This document shows positions 42,137-52,417 of a stretch of DNA of 64,000 nucleotides, in pieces. Made by a program: the position numbers and the translations under genes. The stretch comes from Lacipirellulaceae bacterium. GTDB lineage: Bacteria > Planctomycetota > Planctomycetia > Pirellulales > Lacipirellulaceae. Under the pieces are notes generated by a model. It ran no database searches and was not told the origin of the DNA. It saw nothing but the letters and a program-made list of their open reading frames with translations. Each line of letters begins with the position of its first letter. The first letter of the stretch is position 1. The stretch lies in contig CBDHGZ010000004.1 in NCBI GenBank assembly GCA_965263315.1, positions 489,251 through 553,250 of the forward strand, in the 5' to 3' direction.

Positions 42137-43924
42137 CTAGCCGATCACATCGGCGAAGGCCGCGTTGAGGGCTTGCAAGCTAGCCTCTCCACGATCCGCT
42201 TTGACGACAGCATTCACGCGCATTTCGCTGGTGCTGATCATCTCGACATTAATGCCAGCCTCGGACAATGCCCGAAACATACGTACGCCGACGCCCGTGT
42301 GACTGCGGATGCCAACGCCCGTGACCGAGAGGATCGCAACGGCGTCGGTAGCCTCGTAGGTCCCACCGAAGCGATCTGTGATGCGTTTCGCAACCGATGC
42401 TGCTTTGTCGACATCTTCAGCAGGAACGGTAAAGGCCAGCGTCGTAGTGCCTTCAGCACCGATGCTCTGCACGATCATGTCGACCAGAATCGAATCCGCC
42501 GCGACCTGCTCGAAGATGTCTGCGGAAATGCCAGGCGTGTCCGGCACATCAGTTAGCGATACCAGGGCTTGTGAACTGTCGAGTTCGCAACCATGGATGG
42601 TAAGGTCTTCCATAGCCTGCAGACGGCTGACAACAGCCACGGCATCGGCTTCCTGCGCCCGTTTAGCGGCCGATAGCGAGTCCTCAAACGTTGCACGCTC
42701 GGCCGGAGTCTTGTCGAGTTCGAACTCTGCGTGGGCTGCTCGCAGCGCTGCCAGTCCCTTGTCACGCTGAACGAGACACGAGACCTTGATCGCGCTGGTG
42801 GTGATCGCCTCGATGTTGATGTCGGCTTCGGCAAGGGCGCGGAACAGACGATCCGCCACTCCTGACTGACTGGCCATCCCGAGGCCAACGACAGACACTT
42901 TTGACACGGTGGCATCGTGTGAAACATCCTCCGAGCCAACCGCTTTGGCTGCCTGCTGGGTGGCTTCTAGTGCGCGAGATAGATCACTCTCTAGCACGGT
43001 GAAAGAGATGTTGGCGCGCCCTTCGCTGCCTGTATTCTGCACCACCATATCGACGGCCACGTTTGCGGCTGCCAGCTGCTGAAAGATCGATAGACTTATT
43101 CCCGGTTTGTCCGGGACGCCCGCGACGGTGATGCGGGCCTCGGCTTTGGTGAGCGCCGCGCCGCTAACCGCGCGCTCGGCGGACTCGGCAATGGGACCAA
43201 TGATGGTGCCAGGTTCATCCGTAAAGACGCCGCTGTTACGCACATGGATCGGCACGTTGAATTTCTTGCCGAACTCGATGCTGCGGCTATGCATCACCCC
43301 AGCGCCCAGACTGGCCAGCTCAAGCATTTCATCATGCGATACGTTGTTCATCTTGCGAGCATCAGCCACGATGCGTGGGTCGGTGGTGAAGACGCCATCC
43401 ACGTCGGTATAGATTTCACACATCTCGGCCCCAAGCACGGCAGCCAGCGCCACGGCTGATGTATCGCTGCCTCCCCGGCCGAGCGTGGTGATGTTGAGAT
43501 CGTTGTCTACGCCCTGGAACCCGGCAGCAATGACGATATTCCCCTCGCCAAGCAGCCGCTTCATGCGGTCTGTCGTGATGGATTGAATCCGCGCTTTGCC
43601 ATGCGAGCTGTCCGTCCGAACACCAATCTGTCCTCCCGTTAGACTGACCGCTTTGCCGCCGAAGTCGTGAATCGCCATCGCCATCAAGGCAACAGAGACT
43701 TGCTCGCCGGTGGAGAGAAGCATGTCCATCTCGCGGGCAGGTGGTTCATCGCAAACCTGCCCGGCTAGGTCGACCAGCGCGTCGGTGTTCTTTCCCATCG
43801 CGCTGACAACCATCACGACCTGATGGCCTTGTTGCTGAGCCCGCAAGGCTCGTCTCGCTGCCGCCCGAATCTTCTCAGCATCGGCAACACTCGTACCGCC
43901 AAACTTTTGAACAATAAGTGACAT
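42137..43924 (-). CDS. lysC: aspartate kinase with four C-terminal ACT domains (about 595 aa)
   Basis: Catalytic domain (IVQKFGGTSV ... VVSAMGKNTD) followed by two tandem ACT pairs (two repeats of the ...AKISVVG/GVG... pattern). Confidence 0.85.
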   Translation of the reverse strand: MSLIVQKFGGTSVADAEKIRAAARRALRAQQQGHQVVMVVSAMGKNTDALVDLAGQVCDEPPAREMDMLLSTGEQVSVALMAMAIHDFGGKAVSLTGGQIGVRTDSSHGKARIQSITTDRMKRLLGEGNIVIAAGFQGVDNDLNITTLGRGGSDTSAVALAAVLGAEMCEIYTDVDGVFTTDPRIVADARKMNNVSHDEMLELASLGAGVMHSRSIEFGKKFNVPIHVRNSGVFTDEPGTIIGPIAESAERAVSGAALTKAEARITVAGVPDKPGISLSIFQQLAAANVAVDMVVQNTGSEGRANISFTVLESDLSRALEATQQAAKAVGSEDVSHDATVSKVSVVGLGMASQSGVADRLFRALAEADINIEAITTSAIKVSCLVQRDKGLAALRAAHAEFELDKTPAERATFEDSLSAAKRAQEADAVAVVSRLQAMEDLTIHGCELDSSQALVSLTDVPDTPGISADIFEQVAADSILVDMIVQSIGAEGTTTLAFTVPAEDVDKAASVAKRITDRFGGTYEATDAVAILSVTGVGIRSHTGVGVRMFRALSEAGINVEMISTSEMRVNAVVKADRGEASLQALNAAFADVIG

Positions 43925-44005
43925 AGGAAAATGATTGGTGTCGACGAGGAGGGATGACGTGTGCGAATGGACGAACGAAGAGTTCATCTGGTCGTTGAGT
44001 TGTAG

Positions 44006-45244
44006 TCAATCCTGGTTAGTAAATCGTGCCATCGCGTCCCAGCCATGGTCGAAGACAAGCTCGGAGGCAGCCGCGTTGGTGTCGCCATAAGCGGTGAATG
44101 AGTCGGAGGCGAAACCAGCGCCGGCCATGGCCACGGGGACGTATCCGTGGGTGTGCTTCTTGGTGCTGAGGTAGGTGGGGTGGTCAGGACTAATCATTAC
44201 TCGCCAGTCGCCTTGCGTCTTCAGCTTCTCAACCAAGGGCCCGACGACATGGCGATCGATCTGGCCAATGGCTTTCACTTTCTCTTCAACTCTGCCTTCG
44301 TGGCTCGCTTCGTCCGGGGCCTCGACGTGAACACAGACGAGGTCGTACTTGTCGATCGCTTCGATCGCATAGCGGCCTTTGGCGGCGTAGTCGGTGTCGA
44401 GGTATCCCGTGGCGCCCGGCACCTCGATGCGGTCCCAACCCACCAGGGCGGCGATACCGCGGAGTAGATCGACGGCGGTAATCATAGCTCCGCGCGGTCC
44501 AAACTTTTCTGCGAACGGCGTTAACGAAGGCGCCCCGCCTTGGCCCCAAAGCCAGACGTTGGTTGCAGGCCGTTTGCCTGCCTCGATCCGCCTACGATTA
44601 ACGGGATGGTTGGCGAAGAGTTCCGTTGTGGCGTCCATCAATTCCACCAGGATGTCGCCACCGGGGCCACGAGGATGAGCGTCGGCGATTGACAGATCAG
44701 TCCAGTCGTGGGGGGCTTCGGTACGCGTTTCGTTGGTGAACGGGGCGGCGAGCTTCGCTCCGCGCCAGATCAGTAGGTTGCGGTAGCTTACGCCAGGGAC
44801 GAATTCCAAGGCGTCGTTCCACTTGGGGTCACTGGCAATCTGTGATTGCGCGTCCGCCAGCAGGGCGGTCGACTCTTCGGTAGAGATGTGATTAGCGGTA
44901 AAGTCCTGCATGACCGTGCCGTCCACGTCGTCCACTTCGCCAACCGTGACCAGGTTGCATCGCACAGCCCAGTCTTGTGCATCCAGCGCAATGCCTTGCG
45001 CGGCGGCTTCCATCGGCGCGCGTCCGGTGAAATGCTCGAAGGGGTCGTAACCCAGTAAACTCAAGTTGCCGATTTCCGACCCAGCCGGCAGTTCCTTTGG
45101 CGTGTGCATAGCCCGCGCGATCACGCCCTCAGCAACCAGTGCGTCCATATTGGGAGTGTCAGCCGCTTCGAGTGGCGTCTTGCCATCGAGCGAAGACTGA
45201 GGCTCATCAGCAGCGCCGTCGGGGATGATAATGGCGTATTTCAT
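44006..45244 (-). CDS. cofactor-independent phosphoglycerate mutase, archaeal type (ApgM family; members in this context are proposed homoserine kinases)
   Basis: MKYAIIIPDGAAD N-terminus and metalloenzyme/alkaline-phosphatase-superfamily architecture. Sits between aspartate kinase and homoserine dehydrogenase. Confidence 0.7.
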   Translation of the reverse strand: MKYAIIIPDGAADEPQSSLDGKTPLEAADTPNMDALVAEGVIARAMHTPKELPAGSEIGNLSLLGYDPFEHFTGRAPMEAAAQGIALDAQDWAVRCNLVTVGEVDDVDGTVMQDFTANHISTEESTALLADAQSQIASDPKWNDALEFVPGVSYRNLLIWRGAKLAAPFTNETRTEAPHDWTDLSIADAHPRGPGGDILVELMDATTELFANHPVNRRRIEAGKRPATNVWLWGQGGAPSLTPFAEKFGPRGAMITAVDLLRGIAALVGWDRIEVPGATGYLDTDYAAKGRYAIEAIDKYDLVCVHVEAPDEASHEGRVEEKVKAIGQIDRHVVGPLVEKLKTQGDWRVMISPDHPTYLSTKKHTHGYVPVAMAGAGFASDSFTAYGDTNAAASELVFDHGWDAMARFTNQD

Positions 45245-45726
45245 AGAGGTACTAGACCACGACGACACAACGATCACGACGTACGAGGGATATCAGAGTA
45301 CGTCGCGAGTGATGCCGTCCTTGAGTTGGACGTTGTTGAAGTTGATTGGGAAGCCTTGGCTGCTGGCTGGTCAGCTTGAGATAGGTGAGTCTTTGAGCCT
45401 TGTGAATTGACTGGATGGATTCGACTGCCTTGAGTTCAACGATGACACATTGCCGGCCAAGACGTTAATTCGTAACCCCGACTCTAAGCGAAAGTCATCA
45501 TAATCGCCGGATAAGTCGAGTTGATGCTTGAACGAGACACCCATCCTCGACAGCTCGTGACACCAACAGGTTTCGGAGACCGACTCGAGCAGTCCGGGGC
45601 CCAGCGCCCTGATGAATACGAAACGTCGCTTCGATCACGGCAGAAGCAAGGCGCTCTACCTCCGTTGGGATTGGCTGATGTTCGGACACTCTGTAAGTGG
45701 TGCTCGTTGTGTCGTCCTGGTTCCCA

Positions 45727-47022
45727 TTAATCCCGCACCCACATTTTCACTGGTTCTCCGCGGCAAGCTTCCAAAGCGGCGATTTTGGCGCAGGCTTTGT
45801 CGGTGGCGGCTTCGCTGGCTGCGTGGGTCATGATTACCAGCGGCAGAACGGTGTCGCCTTCCAGTGGTTCTTTTTGCAAGACCGAGGCGATGGAAATGCC
45901 TTCGTCACCAAATGCTTTAGTCACTTCGGCCAGTACGCCTGGGTGGTCCTCGACCATCGCCCGCACGTACCGTTTTCCGGTGGAGCTAGCGAAGTCCGCT
46001 TGGTCCACGCCTTGGATCTCTTCGGACCAAAGCTTGAGCGTGTGGAATGTGACTGCTGTTCGACCAACGGCCGTATCGATCAGATCCGCCACAACGGCGG
46101 ATGCCGTGGGCATCTGGCCGGCTCCTTGGCCGTGGTAGAACAGCGGCCCCACCGCGTCGCCCTTAACTAGCACGGCATTGAACGGCCCGCCGACTTCGCC
46201 TAGCGGACTGCCCGCTTTCACTAGGGCGGGATTCACTTCGCAATCGAGCCGGCCATCACGCAGGTCGGCCACGGCCAAGAGTTTGATGCGGTAGCCCATC
46301 TCTTGCGCGTATTGCACGTCGAGCAGATCAACCGTGTCGATGCCGGAACGAGGAATGTCCTTCCAATCGAGACGGGCTCCAAATGCAATCTGGGCCAGGA
46401 TCGCCAGCTTCTGGGCCGCGTCGGTGCCGTCGACGTCCATCGCAGGGTCAGCCTCGGCGTAGCCAAGACGCTGGGCCTCGGCCACGACGTCGGCGTAGGG
46501 GGCGCCTTCGCTGTGCATCTTGTCGAGGATGAAGTTGCTCGTGCCGTTCAGGATGCCGTGAAGCGATGTGACGCGATTGCCTGAGAGGCACTGGCTGAGG
46601 TTGGCAATGATGGGGATGCCACCGGCGACGGACGCCTCGAATGCAATCGACCGGCCCAGCTCGCGAGCTTTGTCAAACAACTCCGGCCCGTGCTCGGCGA
46701 GCAGGGCCTTGTTGGCGGTGACCACATCCTTGCCCGCCTCCAGCAGCTTGAGCATGACCATGCGGGCCGGTTCGACACCGCCCATCAGCTCGCAGGCAAC
46801 TTTAATCTCGGGATCACCCAGCACTTCGTCCAGGCTTTCGGTGACAACACCAGCCGGCAGATCACAGTCCCGGGGCTTGCTGGCATCGCGGACCACGGCC
46901 TTTTCCAGCCAAAGCACCCGGCCCGCCTGACGGGCCGTGCGGTCGCCATGATCGAGCAGAATCTTTGCAACGCCGGAACCGACGGTCCCCAGCCCAATGA
47001 GAGCAACTTTTGTCTTTTCCAC
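45727..47022 (-). CDS. hom: homoserine dehydrogenase
   Basis: N-terminal NAD-binding (VALIGLGTVGSGV), catalytic domain and C-terminal ACT domain; 431 aa. Confidence 0.9.
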   Translation of the reverse strand: MEKTKVALIGLGTVGSGVAKILLDHGDRTARQAGRVLWLEKAVVRDASKPRDCDLPAGVVTESLDEVLGDPEIKVACELMGGVEPARMVMLKLLEAGKDVVTANKALLAEHGPELFDKARELGRSIAFEASVAGGIPIIANLSQCLSGNRVTSLHGILNGTSNFILDKMHSEGAPYADVVAEAQRLGYAEADPAMDVDGTDAAQKLAILAQIAFGARLDWKDIPRSGIDTVDLLDVQYAQEMGYRIKLLAVADLRDGRLDCEVNPALVKAGSPLGEVGGPFNAVLVKGDAVGPLFYHGQGAGQMPTASAVVADLIDTAVGRTAVTFHTLKLWSEEIQGVDQADFASSTGKRYVRAMVEDHPGVLAEVTKAFGDEGISIASVLQKEPLEGDTVLPLVIMTHAASEAATDKACAKIAALEACRGEPVKMWVRD

Positions 47023-47250
47023 AGCTTCGCCTGGGCAAATCCACCGGTGATCTTAGAGGAGGGCTCGGGCGTCCCTCGACCAGACCCGACATCGTACTTG
47101 CTGGTTCGGCGGAACGTCAATGATCGGCATGGTTTGCGCTCGGTCCCGGGGGCGGTAGAATCGTGCGTCTAACTGGCCGTGGTCGAGGACGGCTGGGCTG
47201 CAATCGAGGTCTCGATCCCCTACTGCTTTCAGCTTTGCCCCCTGCAATTC

Positions 47251-49917
47251 ATGCCCCGATACAACCCCGCGACGATTGAACCCAAATGGCAGGCCTATTG
47301 GGACGAGCACAAGACGTTTGCCGCTCCTAGGCTGCCCCAGGAATCCGGCAAGAAGCTCTATGCGCTGGATATGTTTCCTTACCCGTCTGGCGACGGCCTG
47401 CACGTGGGGCATCCCGAGGGCTACACGGCCACGGATATCGTCTGCCGTGCACGGCGGATGCAGGGGTACTCGGTCGTTCACCCAATGGGCTTCGACGCCT
47501 TTGGACTGCCGGCCGAGGAGCATGCCATCAAGACAGGCGAGCATCCGCGGATTCAGACCGAGAAGAACATCGATACATTCCGCCGGCAGCTAAAGATGCT
47601 GGGCTTTAGCTACGACTGGGACCGTGAGATTGCCACCACGGACGTCGCCTACTTTCGCTGGACGCAGTGGATCTTCTTGCAACTCTTCGACACGTGGTTT
47701 GACAAGGACCAACAACGGGGCCGACCGATAGCCGAGCTGCCAATTCCCGCTGACGTGCAGGCTGAAGGCGAACGGGCCGTCGCGGCCTATCAGGATGAGC
47801 GCCGGCTAGCTTACCAGAGCGAAGCGCCCGTGAATTGGTGCCCAGCGCTGGGCACCGTATTGGCCAATGAGGAGATCATCGATGGCAAGAGCGAGCGAGG
47901 CAGCCATCCGGTCGAACGCCGACCGCTCCGTCAATGGATGCTTCGCATTACCGACTATGCCGACCGCTTGGCCAGTGAATTGGACGAACTCGACTGGCCC
48001 GAGGGTGTCAAGGCGCTGCAACGCAATTGGATTGGCCGCAGCGTAGGGGCCGAGGTTGATTTTTGCATCGACGATCACCATCGAGCCTCTGGTGATTCGC
48101 CGGGGGCTAAATCGTCACCAGGGTCCGAATGGTCGGACAAGCCCGCGGACAATGTGCTCCGCGTCTATACAACCCGCCCGGATACCTTGTTTGGCGCCAC
48201 TTACATGGTGATTGCGCCGGAGCACCCGCTGGTCGAACCGCTTACGACCGCAGAGAACGCCGACGCCGTGAACGAGTACGTGCGGCAGGCTTCGCTCAAG
48301 AGCGACCTCGATCGCACCGAGCTGGCCAAAGAGAAAACGGGCGTTTTCACCGGCAGTTTTGCCATGAATCCCGTGAATGGCGAAGCGATACCGATCTGGA
48401 TTGCCGACTACGTACTCATTAGCTATGGCACCGGCGCCATCATGGCGGTGCCGGCGCACGACGAGCGAGACTTCGAATTCGCCAAGCAGTTCGATATCGC
48501 CATCAAGCAGGTCGTGAAGCCGGCGAGCTACGCCTCGCCTGAGCAGCAAGCGAGCCTGGAAGCCTGCGAGCAGGTCTTCACTGACCAAGGCGTCGCTACG
48601 AACTCGGGCCAGTTCGATGGTCTGCCGACCGCCGAATTCAAGCAGAAGATCACCGCCTGGCTTGCTGAGCGAGGGTTGGGCCAAGAGGCGGTCAATTACA
48701 AGCTGCGCGACTGGCTCTTCAGCCGGCAGCGGTTCTGGGGCGAGCCGTTTCCAATCCTGCACGAGCTGGACGCCCACGGAAAATCGACTGGTCGGGTCAT
48801 TGCCGTACCGGAGGACCAGTTGCCGGTCGACTTGCCTCACCTCGAGGATTTCAAACCGCCCGGAACGCCCGATCCGCCGCTAGAAAAGTCGCCCGAGGCG
48901 TGGCTTTATCCAGAGATCGATGGCACCACCTACAAACGCGAAACCAACACCATGCCGCAGTGGGCGGGTAGCTGTTGGTACTACCTACGGTTCCTCGATC
49001 CGACGAACGACACCGCTGCTATCGATCCCGCGATTGAGCAAGCGTGGATGCCGGTCGACCTGTACATCGGCGGCGCCGAGCATGCGGTGCTGCACTTGCT
49101 GTACGCTCGCTTCTGGCACAAGGTGCTCTACGACCGCGGCGTGGTGAGTTCGCCTGAGCCGTTCCACAAACTGGTAAACCAGGGCATGATCCTGGGCGAA
49201 AACAACGAGAAGATGTCCAAGAGCCGTGGCAATGTGGTCAACCCGGACGACATTGTCAGCGAGTACGGCGCCGATGCGCTGCGGCTCTACGAAATGTTCA
49301 TGGGGCCCCTGCCTGATTCCAAGCCGTGGAACATGGAGGGCGTGGCCGGTGTGGCAAACTTCCTGGGCCGGGTCTGGCGTCTGGTCATCGATTGGCAGAA
49401 CGATGAAGAACTGGTTGTCGACGCCAAGGTGGTCGACACGGAGCCGACCGCCGAGCAGCTCTTTCACTTGCACAAGACGATCAAGGGCGTCACCGAAGAT
49501 ATCGATCGGCTGGCGTTCAACACGGCGATTTCCAAGATGATGGAGTTCGTCAACTTCTTCAATAAACAGGATGCTAGGCCGCGCGTCTGCATCGAACCCT
49601 TTGTCCTACTGCTTTCGCCCTTCGCGCCGCATCTTTGCGAAGAACTTTGGCAAGCCCTCGGGCATTCGAGTACACTCGCCTACGAGCCGTGGCCTGCGTT
49701 TGACGAGGCTCATCTGAAGCAGGACACGGTCGAGTTGCCGGTGCAGGTGAACGGCAAAGTCCGCTCAAAGGTCACGGTTTCCGCAGACGCCAGTCAGGAC
49801 GAGGTTTTGGCCACGGCAAAAGCCGATCAGAAGGTGGCGCCTTTGCTGGAAGGCAAGACAATTGCGAAAGAGATTTATGTCCCCGGGCGGCTAGTCAACC
49901 TGGTTGCCAAAGGGTGA
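47251..49917 (+). CDS. leuS: leucine--tRNA ligase
   Basis: HIGH motif ([16 protein letters not shown]), KMSKS (KMSKSRGN), CP1 editing domain; 888 aa from the ATG at 47251. Confidence 0.9.
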   Translation: MPRYNPATIEPKWQAYWDEHKTFAAPRLPQESGKKLYALDMFPYPSGDGLHVGHPEGYTATDIVCRARRMQGYSVVHPMGFDAFGLPAEEHAIKTGEHPRIQTEKNIDTFRRQLKMLGFSYDWDREIATTDVAYFRWTQWIFLQLFDTWFDKDQQRGRPIAELPIPADVQAEGERAVAAYQDERRLAYQSEAPVNWCPALGTVLANEEIIDGKSERGSHPVERRPLRQWMLRITDYADRLASELDELDWPEGVKALQRNWIGRSVGAEVDFCIDDHHRASGDSPGAKSSPGSEWSDKPADNVLRVYTTRPDTLFGATYMVIAPEHPLVEPLTTAENADAVNEYVRQASLKSDLDRTELAKEKTGVFTGSFAMNPVNGEAIPIWIADYVLISYGTGAIMAVPAHDERDFEFAKQFDIAIKQVVKPASYASPEQQASLEACEQVFTDQGVATNSGQFDGLPTAEFKQKITAWLAERGLGQEAVNYKLRDWLFSRQRFWGEPFPILHELDAHGKSTGRVIAVPEDQLPVDLPHLEDFKPPGTPDPPLEKSPEAWLYPEIDGTTYKRETNTMPQWAGSCWYYLRFLDPTNDTAAIDPAIEQAWMPVDLYIGGAEHAVLHLLYARFWHKVLYDRGVVSSPEPFHKLVNQGMILGENNEKMSKSRGNVVNPDDIVSEYGADALRLYEMFMGPLPDSKPWNMEGVAGVANFLGRVWRLVIDWQNDEELVVDAKVVDTEPTAEQLFHLHKTIKGVTEDIDRLAFNTAISKMMEFVNFFNKQDARPRVCIEPFVLLLSPFAPHLCEELWQALGHSSTLAYEPWPAFDEAHLKQDTVELPVQVNGKVRSKVTVSADASQDEVLATAKADQKVAPLLEGKTIAKEIYVPGRLVNLVAKG

Positions 49918-50009
49918 GTGAGTTTCCACGGATGCGAGAACGCCAAGGATGGTCCACCACTGGCGGGGCGCCCAGCGTCTTGGCAGTTCTCATCTTTAGG
50001 AACTGAGCT

Positions 50010-51296
50010 ATGAAGAACGTCGTCGCCGTTGTCTTGGGAGGTGGTCGGGGAACTCGGCTTCAGCCGCTGACGACCTATCGCAGCAAGCCGGCCGTACCTC
50101 TGGCTGGCAAGTATCGGCTGATCGACATCCCCATTAGCAACTGCCTCAATAGTGGCGTTGATCATATCTTCGTCCTAACGCAGTTCATGACCACGAGCCT
50201 GCATCAGCACATTCGTGGCGCCTATCGCTTCGATGCCTTCCATGGAGGGTTTGTCGAAATCCTCGCCGCTCAACAAACCATCGGCCCCGAAGACGACTGG
50301 TATCAGGGCACGGCCGACGCGGTACGCAAGAACCTGCGGTACCTGTTGCAGACAGGCATTGAGTATGTGTTGATCCTATCGGGCGACCAGCTCTACCGAA
50401 TGGACTTCGCCAAGATGGTGGCGGAGCATAAGGCGTCGGGCGCCGAGGTATCGATCGCTGCCAAACCGGTTGATCGTTCCGAAGCAGGCGCCTTGGGGGT
50501 GATGCGAGTTGATGACTCGGGCCGCGTGATTGGCTTTGTCGAAAAACCACAATCGAGCGAACTCATCGATAGCGTGGCGATGCCGCCCGAGTGGATCGAC
50601 GCCCGTGGCGTCGACAGCCAAGGCCGAGACTGCTTGGCCAGCATGGGTATCTACCTGTTCAACCGGCAGACGCTGATCGACGCCTTGGAGGAGAGCGACT
50701 CTTCGGACTTTGGCAAGGAGATCTTTCCGCGGGCGATCCAAGATCGCCACGTGCAATTGCATTTGTTTGATGGCTACTGGGAAGACATCGGTACGATCAA
50801 ATCGTTTTATGAATCCAACCTCGAGATGGCCCAGGCGAACCCGCCATTTGAGCTTTCTTCAGCCACGTCCCCCATCTTTACCCGGGCCCGATTTCTGCCG
50901 CCCACGCGGATTGATGGGGCCGAAGTTTCTGGCAGCTTGATCGCCGATGGTTGTGTGATCGAACCTGGCGCGCGGATCGAGAATAGTGTGATTGGCCTGC
51001 GTTGCAAGATTGGTCGGGAGACGGTCATCAAGGACTCCGTCTTGATGGGCGCCGATTACTACGAAACCGCCGCCGACGTTGCTGCTTTGCCCGCAGACAC
51101 GCCACCGATCGGCTTTGGCGCGGGTTCGGTCGTCGAGCGGGCGATTGTCGACAAGAACTGCCGGGCTGGCGAGGGGACACGAATCGTCAACGAGGCGGGG
51201 CATGAAAACTACGGCGAAGGCCGCAGCGTGGTGATCCGAGACGGCATCGTCGTGGTGCCCAAGAACAGCACTTTACCCGCGGGTTGGAGCCTATAA
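50010..51296 (+). CDS. glgC: glucose-1-phosphate adenylyltransferase
   Basis: VLGGGRGTRLQPLTTYRSKPAVPLAGKYRLIDIPISNCLNSG N-terminus and C-terminal left-handed beta-helix; 428 aa. Confidence 0.9.
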   Translation: MKNVVAVVLGGGRGTRLQPLTTYRSKPAVPLAGKYRLIDIPISNCLNSGVDHIFVLTQFMTTSLHQHIRGAYRFDAFHGGFVEILAAQQTIGPEDDWYQGTADAVRKNLRYLLQTGIEYVLILSGDQLYRMDFAKMVAEHKASGAEVSIAAKPVDRSEAGALGVMRVDDSGRVIGFVEKPQSSELIDSVAMPPEWIDARGVDSQGRDCLASMGIYLFNRQTLIDALEESDSSDFGKEIFPRAIQDRHVQLHLFDGYWEDIGTIKSFYESNLEMAQANPPFELSSATSPIFTRARFLPPTRIDGAEVSGSLIADGCVIEPGARIENSVIGLRCKIGRETVIKDSVLMGADYYETAADVAALPADTPPIGFGAGSVVERAIVDKNCRAGEGTRIVNEAGHENYGEGRSVVIRDGIVVVPKNSTLPAGWSL

Positions 51297-51467
51297 GCCT
51301 GTCCGACGGCCGTCCGCCTGGCGAATATTCGATACAAGCCCCCCAGCCATGCTTTCTCTGGGTGCGAACGTGGACGACTCTTGGCACGTATGACATATTG
51401 GAGGTTCGATCCTAGGGGCAGCCGGCCCCCGCCCCCCAATCCCTGACAAGACGATTCCCAAACTGAC

Positions 51468-52241
51468 ATGCATCGCTCAGCCCGTTACCTCTTTCTTGCA
51501 CTGGTCGTTTGCCTGCTGGCTCACAGCGTGAGTTCTGCTCAAGAAGACCTGGCGATCACGATTGAGCCCTACACCGGCCCGCCTGTTTTTCTTCCCGAGG
51601 GTGAAGCACCGCCCAAGCCCCGCGTCGTGCAAGACCGTGGCAAAAAGGCCGAAACCTACAAGACGGGAGAAAAGCGAATTGAGCGTGAAGTAGCCAAGTA
51701 CTCGGACGATTCGTTTGTTGCCAACGGGATGTATCGCGAGTACTTCAAGTCGGGTCAGGTTTTCGTCAGTGGGCAGTTCAAGTACGGCAAGCGTGATGGC
51801 GAGTGGGTCTTCTATCATGAGAATGGCGAACTCGCCAAGAAAGTAAGCTACGTCAACGGTCAACCTGACGGCGTCGTGGAAACACGCGACGAGAAAGGTG
51901 CCTTGCAAGCTCGACGTGAATACCAAGGTGGTAAGCGAGCTGCGACGTGGTTGATTTATGCCCCAGGCGGTGAGCAAGTGATTCGTGAAGAACACTACGT
52001 GGATGGCAAGCCAGACGGGCTCTGGAAGAATTGGTTTGCTGACGGCCAACTGCAACGCGAGAGCCCTTTCAAGGCCGGCGTCCGCGAGGGCGTTGCCAAA
52101 GAGTGGTCTGAAGAGGGCAAGCTGCTAGCTGAAGTTAGCTTTGCAGGCGGTAAACGTGACGGCGTCTCGACTCGCTGGATGGATGATGGCAGCAAAGTGG
52201 TCCGGCGCTTCAAAGAGGGAAAGCTCACGCTCGGCGAGTAG
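51468..52241 (+). CDS. secreted MORN-repeat-variant protein (YwqK-like repeats)
   Basis: Signal peptide, then repeated G-x-x-DG-x-W/Y modules (GKRDGEWVFYHENGEL, GQPDGVVETRDEKG, GKPDGLWKNWFADGQL ...). Confidence 0.6.
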   Translation: MHRSARYLFLALVVCLLAHSVSSAQEDLAITIEPYTGPPVFLPEGEAPPKPRVVQDRGKKAETYKTGEKRIEREVAKYSDDSFVANGMYREYFKSGQVFVSGQFKYGKRDGEWVFYHENGELAKKVSYVNGQPDGVVETRDEKGALQARREYQGGKRAATWLIYAPGGEQVIREEHYVDGKPDGLWKNWFADGQLQRESPFKAGVREGVAKEWSEEGKLLAEVSFAGGKRDGVSTRWMDDGSKVVRRFKEGKLTLGE

Positions 52242-52417
52242 GGGGATCCGAAGAGTCCTATTACGGGACAATTCCCTTCGCTAGTAGCTGAAGCTTCCGT
52301 GGGCGGAGACTTTCGCGGCGGCGCAGTCGTACCACTCGCTATTCTTGGGCCGTTGCCTACAATCTGAGGAGTTGATGCTCCTTCCGCCAACCCCCGCCCC
52401 GTACGAATAAGTCCTGG

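Noticed and set aside
51296-51467. GACGGCCGTC palindrome and a GC-rich run after glgC as a possible terminator
   Set aside because: Stem is only 5 bp with no U-tract. Not convincing as an intrinsic terminator.
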